From the NCBI RefSeq assembly GCF_009914755.1, contig NC_060928.1: 64,000 nucleotides of DNA, one strand, 5' to 3'. The first letter of the stretch is position 1. Each line of letters starts with the position of its first letter. The DNA comes from the human T2T-CHM13v2.0 reference genome, Homo sapiens. A program made the position numbers and the translations under genes. The notes under the pieces are model-generated. The model had not been told where the DNA came from. It searched no databases and was given only the letters and a program-made list of their open reading frames with translations. Shown piece after piece: positions 34,779-51,180 of the stretch.

Positions 34779-35334
34779 GAAGCAATAAGCTTTTCAGAAT
34801 TTCATTATTTGTCAGCACCGGCTCGAGAGAGCAGGCATCAAAGGGCCAACATTACACACTTATGTATGTTTATATAAATTTGGTTAAATATTAATTTGAA
34901 ATGGTTGTAAATGAGATTTCAGGTTTGCAACAGCAGGAAAAAAGTCTGTATAACTTCGCTGTAAACATGGTCATTGGCGTTAAGTTGTTAAACTGTAACT
35001 AATCTGGCATCTTTGTTACGTAGTCAAGTTCCACTGGGTTTTGCTGTGTAGCATGCGATTCCAAAAATCTCAGTGATTTTTAACAAGAAATATTGCTCAC
35101 TCCCATAGATAGAAGGTGAAATGATCTCATTCCTAATTTGCATTTGAGTAGCAACCTAAGTACTAAATCACAACCCAGGAATTTTCCAAAGTTCCTTACA
35201 AGTACTTTGAACTGGATCTTCCTTAGAAAAATGTGTAGAAAAGGAAAATACATAATGACTGGTTATTATTCTACTTTCTTTGTGTTTAGAGGCAGCATTA
35301 ATTTTCAAGTAGAAATTATATATATATTTTTAAT

Positions 35335-35790
35335 GTGAAGCCAATCTGGAAAAGCTGCATGCTGTATAATTCTAACCATATGACATTCTGGAAAAGGCAA
35401 AACTATAGAGTCAGTAAAAGGATCAGTGGTTGCCAGGAGTTGAGGGGAGCAGGAGATGAATAGGGAGAGCACAGAGGATTTTTAGGGCAGTGAAATCGTT
35501 CTGTGTGGTACTGTGATGGGGGATCCCTGTCACGATCCATTCGTCAATATCCATACAATGTACAACACCAAGAGTGAACGCTGGTGTAAACTGTGGACTT
35601 TGGGTGATAATCATGTGTCATGAGGGTCATCAGTTCTAGCCAGCGTACCACTCTGGTGAGAGATGTTGGTAATGGGGGATGCTGGGCATGGGTAGGGACG
35701 GGGAATACATGGGGAATCTCTGTACCTTTAGCTCATATTGCTGTGAACCTAAAACTCTTCTTAAAACTAAAATTTTAAAATTAATGACAA
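35335..35790 (+). mobile_element. L1MC-like 3' UTR fragment
   Basis: ATATGACATTCTGGAAAAGGCAAAACTATAGAG...GTAAACTGTGGACTTTGGGTGATAAT...TGTGAACCTAAAACT. Confidence 0.85.
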
Positions 35791-36387
35791 TAAATGAATT
35801 TAAAAATAAATGAATTAAAAAATCTATTTTAAAATTAATGGCAATAAATGAATGAGTAAAGCATGATTAATACATATACTACCACCCAGATCAAAAGAAT
35901 AGAACCTTGCCACCCCAACTTCATATACTTCTTCCTTTTTGCAACTCTCCGCACCTTGAGAGGTAAACCAGAATCCTGACTTTCGTGATAAAATTTCTTT
36001 TCTTTATAATTGTATGATCTATGTGTACATTTCTAAAGCAATATAATTTAGTTTTCCTGGTTTGGAACTTTATATAAGAGGAATCATGACATACATACTC
36101 TTTCGTATCTTGATTCTTTTGTTAAAATTTCATTTTTGACACTCTCATTCATGTCTTTTAGTGTTGGTGAGCATTTCTGTAAATTTTGGCTCTAACTAGA
36201 ACATTATACCATCTTTAAGAGGAGAGCTCAGATCAATGCATGCTACTGTGCAATGGGAAGAGTTGGGGCAGGAGGAAAAATATGAAGAAAATGTTAACCA
36301 GTGTATTTGATTTGTTTTAAAATACATTTATTACTTCTGTAATTTTTGCAAGTGTATAATTTTCCTAGGTTCTAATGCAGTATATAG

Positions 36388-36696
<309 letters not shown>

Positions 36697-37062
36697 GTAG
36701 GAAGTAATGCTGATAACTTGAACACAAACACTTTCGTATTTTCATTTCAGGTTTAAAGTATTCATATATCATAATTTAACTCACTAGCAGAGTGTACTTA
36801 CCCTGCAGTCAGACAATTTCCTCTCTCTTTAAGGAAAAAGTATAATCTAATCTGGTAGGGGATTTTTCTTTTATTTTTAACTTAACACCGTGAAAAATCA
36901 AAACACTGTCCTTGAGAAGGCATAATTTTTGAAATATGCAAATTTAAACGGTATCTTCCTTTTAAGTTGTGTAAAAACAAGACTTTTGCCTAAGTGTAAG
37001 ACCAGAATTTTGCAAAATTCTGGACCTGCCTCTCTGGCCTGCCTCTCTCCGGTTTTGTGTAG

Positions 37063-37435
<373 letters not shown>

Positions 37436-38294
37436 TCTTTTTTTTTTTAATGTTAGAATTTAAACCATCTGGAATTTATATTGTCATCTAACATGAGGTA
37501 CAGATTGAAATTTATTTTTCCCTGCAGTTCATTGACCAATCTATGCTTTCTCACTGATTTGAAATGGCACCTTTATCATTCTCGAAATTATTCATGCTTA
37601 TGGCTCTTTCTGATGTTCTGTTCTATGCTGTTGTCCTCTATGTCTTCACTTTAGCCAGTGTCATGCTGTTTTAATTATTGTACCTTTAAAATCTGTCAGC
37701 ATCTGCTAGCAGAGATACTAGCATGCATACACACACACTGAGTATTCCTCTCTTTTATTACTGTTTATTATCAGATAAACTTTTGCATATATATGTTAAT
37801 TTCAGAAAAGTATTCCATTGTGATTTTGAGATTGATTTAAAATTAAAATTTGATTTTGTGGAGATTTGACATCTTTAGATCACTGACTCTTACCACCCAT
37901 GAAAATGACTCTCTCTCCATTAATTCTAACCCCTTCAATAAAGTTTTGCCATAGTCTTCATATAGACTTTGTATATTCTTATTCCATATCCCTATGTTAT
38001 AACAGGCATCAGACCTATCATTTGACACCAACAGCTGGCATCCAAGACCACAGGAATGATGCCCAAAGCAGTCTACACCCACTCCCCACTAGGGCCCAGG
38101 AGGAAGTGTGTTTGCAGCCCTGACCTAAATCCACTTGTACCTTTCTCTCCTCTGCACAGTGACCTCTGCCTGGCCAAAGCCCCATGGAATGCCCTAATCA
38201 CATGTCCCTCTGCAGAATAGTCCTTTCTCCAAAATGATCCCTCTTTTATTCCACCACCACCATAAGTCAATCTCTAGTTTCCCCTCTGGGACCC

Positions 38295-38666
38295 TGTATT
38301 ACTCTGTTTTCACACTGCTATAAAGAACTGCCCAGGACTGGGTAATTTATAAAGGAAAGAGGTTTAATTGACTCAGTACTGCATGGCTGGGGAGGCCTCA
38401 GGAAACTTACAATCATGGTGGAAGGCAAAGGGGAAGCAAGTACCTTCTTCACAAGGCAGCAGGAGGGAGAAAAAAGCGCAGGAGGAACTACCACACACTT
38501 ATAAAGCCATCAGATCTGGTGAGAACTCACTATCACAAGAACAGCATGGGGGAAACGGGCCCCATGATTCAATTACCTCCACCTGGTCTCTCCCTTGACA
38601 CGTAAGGATTATGGGGATTACAATTCAAGATGCGATTTTGGGTGGCGACACAGCCAAACCATATCA
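38295..38666 (-). mobile_element. THE1/MST MaLR solo LTR
   Basis: TGTATT...CAGCCAAACCATATCA termini; 5-bp TSD GACCC / GATCC. Confidence 0.92.
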
Positions 38667-39713
38667 GATCCTGATAGATTTTAAGCTTGGTGTTGATTAT
38701 CTGATTGAAATAATTCTGAAGATTGTTTTAAGCTCCTAGACAACAAACTATGAACAAAGCTGCCTTCTAGAGAACAGGATCAGGAGGTTGGGGGAAGGAT
38801 ACTTTAGATATTTCCTTACTGTTTTGTGTCACTTTATGTCTCCAAATAAGTACTTCTTTTATAACATAAAATCTTCTAAAAAAAAGCAAACAAACAAAAA
38901 AAACTGCTTTCCCCCTCCCAAGATAAGTTGTTTTAAAGGAGGAACTATTCAAATGAATACTTAGTACTGAACAGTCATTCCTATCTTTTGGGACCAAGGA
39001 ACTCTTCAAAAATTTGATGAAAATGGTAGACACTTTCCTCTGAAGAATGCACATATGTACATAGCTACAATTTTGTGTAGGATTTCAGAAAATAAAAGGC
39101 TGCTGCCCTCAGCAGAGATTCGTACCTCTGTATAATTGGTTTCTGGTGAGGTACACATCACTGGATCAAGATTCCTGTGGGGGCTTCTGGAGTCCCCAGC
39201 TTCCTTGTCACACCTCATGTCGCATCACGGAGCAGAGGCTGACTCCCAAAAGTTACTCAGCCCCTTTTTAGAATAAGAATAGCCTCAGAACAGGGTTCCT
39301 TTAAAAAAAAATAGGAGAGTAATTTTACATGACACCTAATGAGTTGAGGAAAACAGAACTAACCTAGGGAATATTGCCAAGTAAAAGAAGTTTGTCTTTA
39401 CTCCGCAGCCTCCCGTGTCCCCCACTCTGAGTCTCTCTATGACTCTTCTACTTCCTCTCGCCTACCCAAAATCTTGGCATCCTTAAGGTGCACCTGAGTC
39501 CTCTCCACTCCAAGAAGCTTTCCTTCGTTCCTCAACTCAAGCCTCCCACTCGTCAAACTTTCCCACAAAAGTAACCCAAACAGAAGAGAGAGGTGAGCCT
39601 GTATAGCCTGGGAACTCTAGGGACAAAGTTCAAAGTAGTCTTCGCAATCAAGGAATTCCACTCCAAAACACATCTGTGTGGGAGGATGCTGGGTGTGTGA
39701 ATCCAGCAGATAA

Positions 39714-40046
<333 letters not shown>

Positions 40047-40089
40047 TAATACATGTATGTAATTTACAAGTAAATATACCTACATATTT

Positions 40090-40870
40090 TATATATGTGT
40101 GTGCATATATATACATATATGTGTGTGCATATATATACATATATGTGTGTGCATATATATACATATATGTGTGTGCATATATATACATATATGTGTGTGC
40201 ATATATATACATATATGTGTGCATATATATACATATATGTGTGCATATATATACATATATATGTGTGCATATATATACATATATGTGTGCATATATATAC
40301 ATATATGTGTGCATATATATACATATATATGTGTGCATATATATACATATATATGTGTGCATATATATACATATATATGTGTGCATATATATACATATAT
40401 ATGTGTGCATATATATACATATATATGTGTGCATATATATACATATATATGTGTGCATATATATACATATATATGTGTGCATATATATACATATATATGT
40501 GTGCATATATATACATATATATGTGTGCATATATATACATATATATGTGTGCATATATATACATATATATGTGTGCATATATATACATATATATGTGTGC
40601 ATATATATACATATATATGTGTGCATATATATACATATATATGTGTGCATATATATACATATATATGTGTGCATATATATACATATATATGTGTGCATAT
40701 ATATACATATATATGTGTGCATATATATACATATATATGTGTGCATATATATACATATATATGTGTGCATATATATACATATATATGTGTGCATATATAT
40801 ACATATATATGTGTGCATATATATACATATATATGTGATATATATCGCATATATATACACACACATACAT
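40090..40870. repeat. Minisatellite, 22-24-bp unit (ATATATGTGTGCATATATATACAT), roughly 31 copies
   Basis: Directly visible tandem array; explains the six overlapping low-complexity ORFs. Confidence 0.97.
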
Positions 40871-41877
40871 ATCACAGTAAAAATATAGAATGGAGACCAG
40901 TGCTTTACCTGAATACTAGTTAAATTACTTAACTCTGCTTTCCTGCTCCCTCCCACCTCACCCCAAATCACATTGCCTCAGAAAGAAGGGTAGAGAGTAT
41001 TTAAGTGAGACCAACTGAGTTTGAATCCTGGCTCTGCGACTCACTAGCATGAGATGACTTAACCCTTCTTTAAGCATCGGTTTCCCCATCTGTAAAAAGT
41101 GGGTGACAAAGTGGGGTTGCTGGAAGGATGTAATGGGTAAAGTGATCAATCAACATTGGACATGTCGAACATCATAAAGATACGCACAGGAAGAGCACAG
41201 CCCATCTTTCCCTCCCACAGTCGTTATCTCCTACCCTGTGGTTCTTTCTCTGCACTGGGTGAAATCCCAAGAGACCTCATAGCTTTCTAGTAGCTTTCAG
41301 ATAGAAGTCTTCCCATCAGAAACAGATCATTCTCAGTATAGTAATTAAAATCTTGTCTGGTTCAGTCATCTAAACTTGGGTCTAGGCCTAGGTGAAACCT
41401 CTCCCCACCCTCACACTATTCCAGGAAGGCCACGTTCTGCCTAGGGTATCCACCGGGGAGGCACAGGGTTGGCCTCCTCTCTGGCTGTCCCCAGCTTTCT
41501 AGGGGCTGTTTCTCCTCTAGGTGCAGTGGCACGGCTCCTCCCGTCCTCAGCCTCGACGGAACCCCTTTTCCAGGGGTTCTCCAGGCCCGCTCCTCCAGCT
41601 GCCCTCTCAGTTAGGTTCCCTCCCCCTGCAGGATGGTCCTGTGGATGGAGTTCCTGTGATAGTGACCCGGTAGGCTCCTTCCAGGCCCACCTGGCCTGAG
41701 GCGAAACTCCTGCATGCCCTATGGCCTGTCCTCGGGCAGTGAGAGTGTCACCCTCTCCCACCTGCCTGAAATTCCAAGGGACTTACTCAGGCCCTCTAAG
41801 GGGTCCTCTTGAGGCCCTCCCACTTCACTGAAGGTGAGGGGAAAGCAATCCTCTCCTCCCCCAGGGTGGAAGACACA

Positions 41878-41978
41878 ACACACATGCGCACACGCATGCG
41901 CGCGCACACACATAGACATACGCGCACGCGCACAGACGTACGTGCACACGCACACACACATGCACGCACACACACATG

Positions 41979-42013
<35 letters not shown>
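41878..42013. repeat. CpG-containing (CA/CG/TG)n alternating purine-pyrimidine tract
   Basis: CACATGCGCACACGCATGCGCGCGCACACA...(CA)n. Confidence 0.9.
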
Positions 42014-42015
<2 letters not shown>

Positions 42016-42333
42016 CTCTGGCTGCCTCAACCCCTCTTTCACTAGCTAGAGGGGTTATCAGTGGCCAGGCTAGCAGAACTGATTTCTGGCTCTGTGGACA
42101 TAACCTACACGTCCGTCTTTTAGCCTCTCGGTATGGTGGCTTAGCCCTTTCCTTCAGTGGGTAGAGTGTTCAGCATCTGTCTTACTGCTCACAGCCTGTG
42201 GGGAATCAGCCAAAAGTGAGGCTGAAAGAATTGCCATATAATATCTTTAACCCTGTGCTTAGTAAATAGTAAATGCTCAATGAATATTAGCGATCATTAG
42301 TAGTAGTGGTAGTCATAGTAGTGTGTTTTCTTA

Positions 42334-42684
42334 TGGTCTTACTCTGTTTGGGCTGCTGAAACCAGCCATTATAGACTGGGTGGCTTATAAGTAATAGAAA
42401 TGTATTTCTGCTAGTTCTGGAGGCTGGGAAGTCCCAGATCTAAGCACCAGCAGATTCAGTGTTTGGTGAGGGTTGGCTTCCTGCTTCATAGAAGGCTGGC
42501 CTCTCACTGTGTGCTCATGCGGTGGAAGGGACCGGGAGCTCTGGGGCTAAAACTCTCATCCATGAGAGTTCCACCCTTGTGACCTAATCACCTCCCAAAG
42601 GTCCCACCTCCTAAAACCATCACGCCAGCAATTAGGATTTCAACATAAGAATTATAGGGACACACAAACATTCAGTCTTTAGCA
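42334..42684 (-). mobile_element. MLT1A/MST-type MaLR LTR
   Basis: TTCTGGAGGCTGGGAAGTCCCAGATC...GACCTAATCACCTCCCAAAG...ACAAACATTCAGTC. Confidence 0.85.
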
Positions 42685-42992
42685 AGATCTCACAATGTCT
42701 GCACTATATATAGCTTTACCACCATTTGAAAAGTACAATTCCTGTCAGTGTTTTTGGTAACCCACTGTTGTGAAATCAATTTAAAGGTTCTTGAGTGGCA
42801 ATTTGAAAATGAAATCGAAGAGTAGAAAAAAGAATAGAAAAATCAAGAATGCATAATAGGTGTTGTTTGGAAAATTTGTGATTTAAGATAATTAAGTATA
42901 TATATGTTGCCATTTTAAATGTATGTATTATATTGGTTGCTGTCAACAAAATATGAACGCTACAGCATCTGAGGTTTTCCAGTTGTCCACCA

Positions 42993-43066
42993 CAATGATT
43001 AACATGTGAGAATCTTCCTGAAAAAGTTCAATGATTAACATGTGAAAATCTTCCTGAGAAAAGTTC
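42993..43066. repeat. Two-copy ~37-bp tandem duplication
   Basis: CAATGATTAACATGTGAGAATCTTCCTGAAAAAGTT repeated with about 2 differences. Confidence 0.9.
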
Positions 43067-43183
43067 CTATGTGGATGAGCTCTAAGGAATGAATATAGAA
43101 TGTTCTATTCCCCACAGGTCTCTGCAGTGAATACAGTTAATTGGGAGCTAATCATGAACTGCTTTATATTTTTCCCTAATTGT

Positions 43184-43746
43184 CTTTTTTTTTTTTTTTG
43201 AGACAGGGCCTTGCTTTATCACCCAGGCTGGGGTGCAGTTGTGTGATTATAGCTCACTGCCACCTCACATTTCTGTGCTCAACAGAATTCTCCCCCCTCA
43301 AACTCCCCCGTAGCTGTGACCACAGGCAAGCACCACCACATCTGGCTATTTTTTGTACTTATTTTTTTTTATGTTTAATGTTTGTGGGTACATAGTAGGT
43401 GTATATATTTATAGGGTATATGAGATGTTTTGATACAGGCATGCAATGTGAAATAATCACAATGTGAAATAATGGAGAATGGGGTACCCGTCCCCTGAAT
43501 CATTTATCCTTTGTGTTACAAACAATCCAATTACATGCTTTTAGTTATTTTTAAATGTACAATTAAGTTCCTATTGACTATAGTCACCCTTTTGTGCAGT
43601 CAAATACTGGGTCTTATTCATTCTTCTATTTTTTTGTACCCATCAACCACCCTCACCTCCCACCTTGCCCCCCACTGTCCTTCCCAGCTCTAACTAATTT
43701 TTTTAGTATTTATGGAGACAGGGTCTGCCATCTTGCCCAGGCTGGC
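43184..43746 (-). mobile_element. AluJ interrupted by an L1MA 3' end (~43360-43691)
   Basis: TTTGTGGGTACATAGTAGGTGTATATATTTAT...TTTGATACAGGCATGCAATG L1MA tail inside the Alu linker. Confidence 0.85.
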
Positions 43747-46373
43747 CTAATTGTTTCTTGAGAATAATTGTTGTATCCCCCAAACATAAGGAGGAGAGAA
43801 GTCGTTTTACATTTCTGATGATGCTTTCTCAGAGCCCAGTGCAAAGGAGAACACCAGTCACTGCTGGCGGGTGTCTGACATTCAGTTTGGCTGTTTCACT
43901 TGTCCTGTGATAGCTAACTGATCTTGCTGTCTCATCATGCATTATTTGCACGATTGGCAGTTACTAAGGTACACCAGGCTAGAAGGGAGTCCATCTGGCT
44001 CTCCGCTGGGCCCTGTACTCTTGGCCCAGGATCTGAACCATAGCCTATGCTTAATAAATATTTGTGGAATGAGTAAGAGGTTCCATCTATGAGATGAAAA
44101 CCACTGGTGGCTGATAAGTATTCAAATGGCATATCTTCTGTAAATGTTACAGAACGTCAATGCCATTAGGTGCTTGAAGAGAAGTTTAAAAATATTCATA
44201 TGCAGGAAATGAGATCATAGAATTTCTCATAAAAATGCAGTTTGATCAAATTGAGGGGATGGATACCCACTTACCTTTTCATAGTAATAGTAAATTTGTT
44301 ATAGAAAACACATTTTACCTTCCTTGTCTCCTAATTCGAGGTCATGTGAAGCTTAGCTAGAAGGAGCAAAGTACATTTTGTTCTGCCTGAACTGTCTCTA
44401 GTGAATACAGTTACCCTGGGCTTTATTATGAATACCTGGCCTGTTCCACAAAAGCAATGAATAGTGCTTCAAGGAAGAAATTTTACTTGTTTTATTTCCC
44501 AAGAAACTCACCAAATTGAGTTGTCTCTACTTTCCTTTCAAAACTATAACTAAGTACAGTAGTAATGTCAGGTCACTTATGATTTTGACCTGTGCCAATC
44601 TTTGAATATTTGAACATTTTTATCTCCTGAAAAATTACTTGGCTTGAGGGAGACACAGTTGGATGAGCAAAGAAAAAAAGAAACAATCAAATGATTTTCT
44701 GATGCTTTCGAATGTTCATAGGCTTGCTTTGAAATCCCTCTGTCTATATCACCCCATCCTGTTTTTGACTTCTAATCTCCTTTACCAAATACTATGTAGC
44801 AATATTTTGTGAGTCATCCAAAAGTTGAGTATATTTAGACCACCGTGACAATCAAACAGTATAAACAGAACTACTCATCTGTCTGTTCATCATCATCCCA
44901 CGCAGGGAGTTAATTCCTAATAAAGGAGTTTATCAGATCACCCTCAATTACATCACTTTGGGATAATTTCATACCCAAGGAAATTTGAGGCATTTTTGCC
45001 TTGGAAAAGAGCAGGTGCCTTATGAAAAAGAAACTAGATTTGTGAGAACTGGGCTTATGTTTCAAATTTATATTCTCAACTTTACTCTGAAGAGATGGCT
45101 TGGAAGAAGTGACGGTAACACAGAATTGCCAGTTTGCTTGGCAAGGTCAAACTATTCCATATGTTACCTTGCAAGAAAAATATGTTAATTTAAAAAATAT
45201 CAGAGACCAAATGAGAAGTTGAACACACAGCTGATTTAGCTCAGATTTTTGTTTGTTGTTATACCGATTGCCATATTAGCTCCCTCTTCTACCACCTCAA
45301 CCCCACCCCCACCACCATACAGCTGCTCGCTTGCTCGTTACAAAGCATATTTCCCCCTGTATATTAATGTCATATTCAGCAAATCAGGAAATTTTGCAAC
45401 TTCCCTTCTGATCCTAATCTGGCTATTTTTCTTGAGTTCAGTGTCATCAAATCAGAACCAGACACTTTTGTTAAGGGTATCACATTCAAAATTGCACACA
45501 AACAAGCCCCACCTTATTTTTATGAAAAGTCTGCCCAGTTACCCGCTTTGTCCCGACACTAATAGAGCCAAGGCTCAGGGTTTGCAATGTAAGGAAATGT
45601 GGAGTACATTCCAGCATGCTTTCTATGATGAGTAGATGTTTGATAGTACACCTCACTTATCTGTGCCTCCCCAGTTGGGGAGCCTTTTTCTTATCTAAAA
45701 GGCCTTGCCGTATCAAAGGTAAGGATACTGTTTGGTAAATTCCTCTAAATAAGAATGCCACTAGGAGAAATTTAAATTATATGTAAAGGAATAAAAGTTG
45801 AAAAATAAAGGGTTTTTTGTTTGTTTGTTTTGAAAAGTTGGTTTCAAACTTAAAAATTTGCAAGTGTCATTTTCTGAATTGTGGAAATAGAGTAAAATTT
45901 ATCATTTCTTATAAAGTTTTAACATTAGAAAAAAAGCTTCTTATGACTAAAACTAAGGCATTTGGTAAAATTTTCTTACCGCTTCTACTATAATATCTAT
46001 TTCTCTTTAGATAGATAAAGATACAGATTTGCAGTAACATTGGAAAGTAAGTGAAAAACACAGAGGAAATTAAAACTTTACTATAACCTACCTGTGTAGA
46101 AATAATCACTGTTAATTTTAATGCATAAATATAAATTTTTAAAAAGTGGAACCGTATTGTAAACTGATTTTTATCCTACTAAAACAAACATTAAGTATCT
46201 GCTGAAATGTTTTAAATTTTTTCAAAATATATGTATTTTCTGACTCATTTGCTATAATACTTAACTCATTGCTGCCCATGTAAACTTGAACTGTCTCATT
46301 TGTTAAAGCGTGAGAGAATTCATAGTTAATTCTTTGTACAGCTAAATTGTTCAGTAGGAAATGCAGAAAGAAG

Positions 46374-46812
46374 TGTTAAAAGAAAATCTTCAGCCAAATT
46401 TAATTTAATTTAAAAGAGTTTAATTGAGCAATGAACGAATCATGAATCGGGCAGCCCGCAGAATCACAGCAGATTCAGAGAGACTCCGGGGGTGCCTTGT
46501 GGTCAGAACAAATTTATAGACAAAAAATAATAATAATAAAGTGACGTACAGGAATCAGAAGTGAAGTACAGAAACAGCTGGATTGGTTACAGGTCAGTGT
46601 TTGCCTTATTTGTACACAGTTTGAATACTCGGCAGTGTGTGAGTGGTTGAGGTATGGCTGCTGGGATTGGCCAAGACTCAACCACTGTTACAGATGCAAA
46701 CTTTTAGGCTGTCAATCTTGTTTACCTATTAAGTTAGGTTGCAATTCATCCACAAGGACTCAAATACAGAAGTATAGAGTCCTTCTCAGGCCATATTTAG
46801 TTTGTTTTAACA
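46374..46812 (-). mobile_element. MER57-family ERV1 solo LTR
   Basis: TG...CA termini; CCTTCTCAGGCCATATTTAGTTT...AACA end; 4-bp flanks GAAG / GACG. Confidence 0.8.
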
Positions 46813-47659
46813 GACGTAGAAGAGAAAACCCTTGTTCTTTGCTTTGTCCAGGGTAGTCAGCTGATTGGAAAGGTAACCGAAGTCTCTCAACATCAAAACA
46901 TTTCTAATGCAAATTCTTTAAGTCGTACTGTTCCTACTCACCTTGAACTTATGAGCAAATCCCTTATCAATTGTGCTACCTTTTATTCAGATAATGAATT
47001 TGGGAATAGGGTTTGGAATTCAAGTCCCATAGCTTAGAAAAGATTGAGTACCTGGCAATTCAGTATAGTTGTGGATTGCAATAATTCCTGTGCTTGTTAA
47101 GTAACCAAGATTTTTGTGTGTGTGCGAAAAGCATGTGTAAAATAATTGACAATCAGCACTTCTGTTGGATAGATGGGTTCCTGAAAGAGCATATGTGAAT
47201 AAATTTTGGTGTATCTGATGCTACTTTCCTGTTAAGCTACTATGGAAATTATCTTAAACATTATATTCTTTTCCCTGAGGCAGAAAATGTAAATAATACA
47301 TTCCCACAGGTAACAACTATAACTATTTCCTATGTATGTTTTCAAAAATGGTTCATGCACTTACGAGCATTTGTGTACTGTATGTATTCATGCACTTATA
47401 TAGGGTACCCTAAGAGATGATTTTTACATGAGGGCCTATCACACTTACATATTCTTACTTCTTAAGGGAATTCAAAGGTAGATACTTTGTTGTCCCTAAA
47501 AAAGGTACATGAAGATCTATTTCCCTCTTATCAGAGGCAGGCTTCATATCTGTAGTAAAGGAGAAAAATATAGAACATTTGCTTTAAAAGTTCCTCTTTT
47601 TATAAATAATACTTGCTAACTTTTATGCTTCTGTTTTATAAGGAATTTCTTCCTTGTGC

Positions 47660-49051
<1,392 letters not shown>

Positions 49052-49819
49052 TGTAAATATTTTTTTAAAAGACGTGCAGATAGAAATTATCTTAAATAAT
49101 TGCTTACAAGACAAAGAGAACGACCTGCCCCCAAGTCCCCCAGATAAAGTAGGATATCACTAAGAATCCACACCCAAGTAAAGTAATTAAAGGGGTTAAG
49201 ATGTCTCTCCTTTTGTGATTAACACCCCGTCGTGCTTGCAGAGGCACCGCTGGGTGTCAGGGAACCTGCCTGCTGCTCACCTGAACACCCCATAAATAAC
49301 ACCAGCTCTAGGACATGGTCCATGTGAACAAATGAAGAATCTCTCCTTCAGCCAGAGGGTGAGAGTGGCATAGGTAACAACTAGATAATGCTTGGCTCTG
49401 CCTTTTTCTTATTGATTTGTAAGAGTTCTAATTGCAAGATAGGCTGAGAAAAGTAGTCTAGCCATGTTCCATGAAGAAGAGAACATGGAATTAGGTTAGT
49501 AGCTAGCAGCCTCAGCCACAATAACTTTATTTTGTTTGTGCACTCATCATTTAAGAAGTATGTGAGAGCCTACAAAATTGGGGAGTTACTTCTCGGGAAT
49601 GCTCCATTGAGAAAAACTGCTGCCTCTTTTATCTGTGTAGTCAATATCATGGCCTAAATTCTAGAATCTTCTCACATAGCCAGAGTTTAGTGATCAAGCA
49701 CCACAAACCAAGAGATATTACATAACAATAGGATCGCTCAAACAAATCTACGTGAACTAGGAAACTGCTTTTTGGCTCACTCAGAGGTACAAACTTTACA
49801 CCCACTGAAAATTGTCCCA

Positions 49820-50910
<1,091 letters not shown>

Positions 50911-50914
50911 ATTG

Positions 50915-51180
50915 TTGGGAGGCTGAGGTGAGAGGATTGCTTGAGCCCAGGAACTCGAGACCAGCCTGGGCAACATAGAAAGACCCTGTCTCTACCAATA
51001 ATCAAAAAAATTAGCTGGGCTTTATGGCGCACGCCTGCAGTCTCAGCTACTTGGGAGGCTGACATGGGAAGATGGACTGAGCCTGGGATTCTGAGGCTGC
51101 AGTGAGCTACGATGGCGTACTGCACTCCAGCCTGGGTGATAGAGTGAGACCCTGTCTCAAAAAAAAAAAAAAAGAAAAAA
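50915..51180 (+). mobile_element. 5'-truncated AluJ
   Basis: Begins TTGGGAGGCTGAGG after the L1 tail. Confidence 0.9.
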
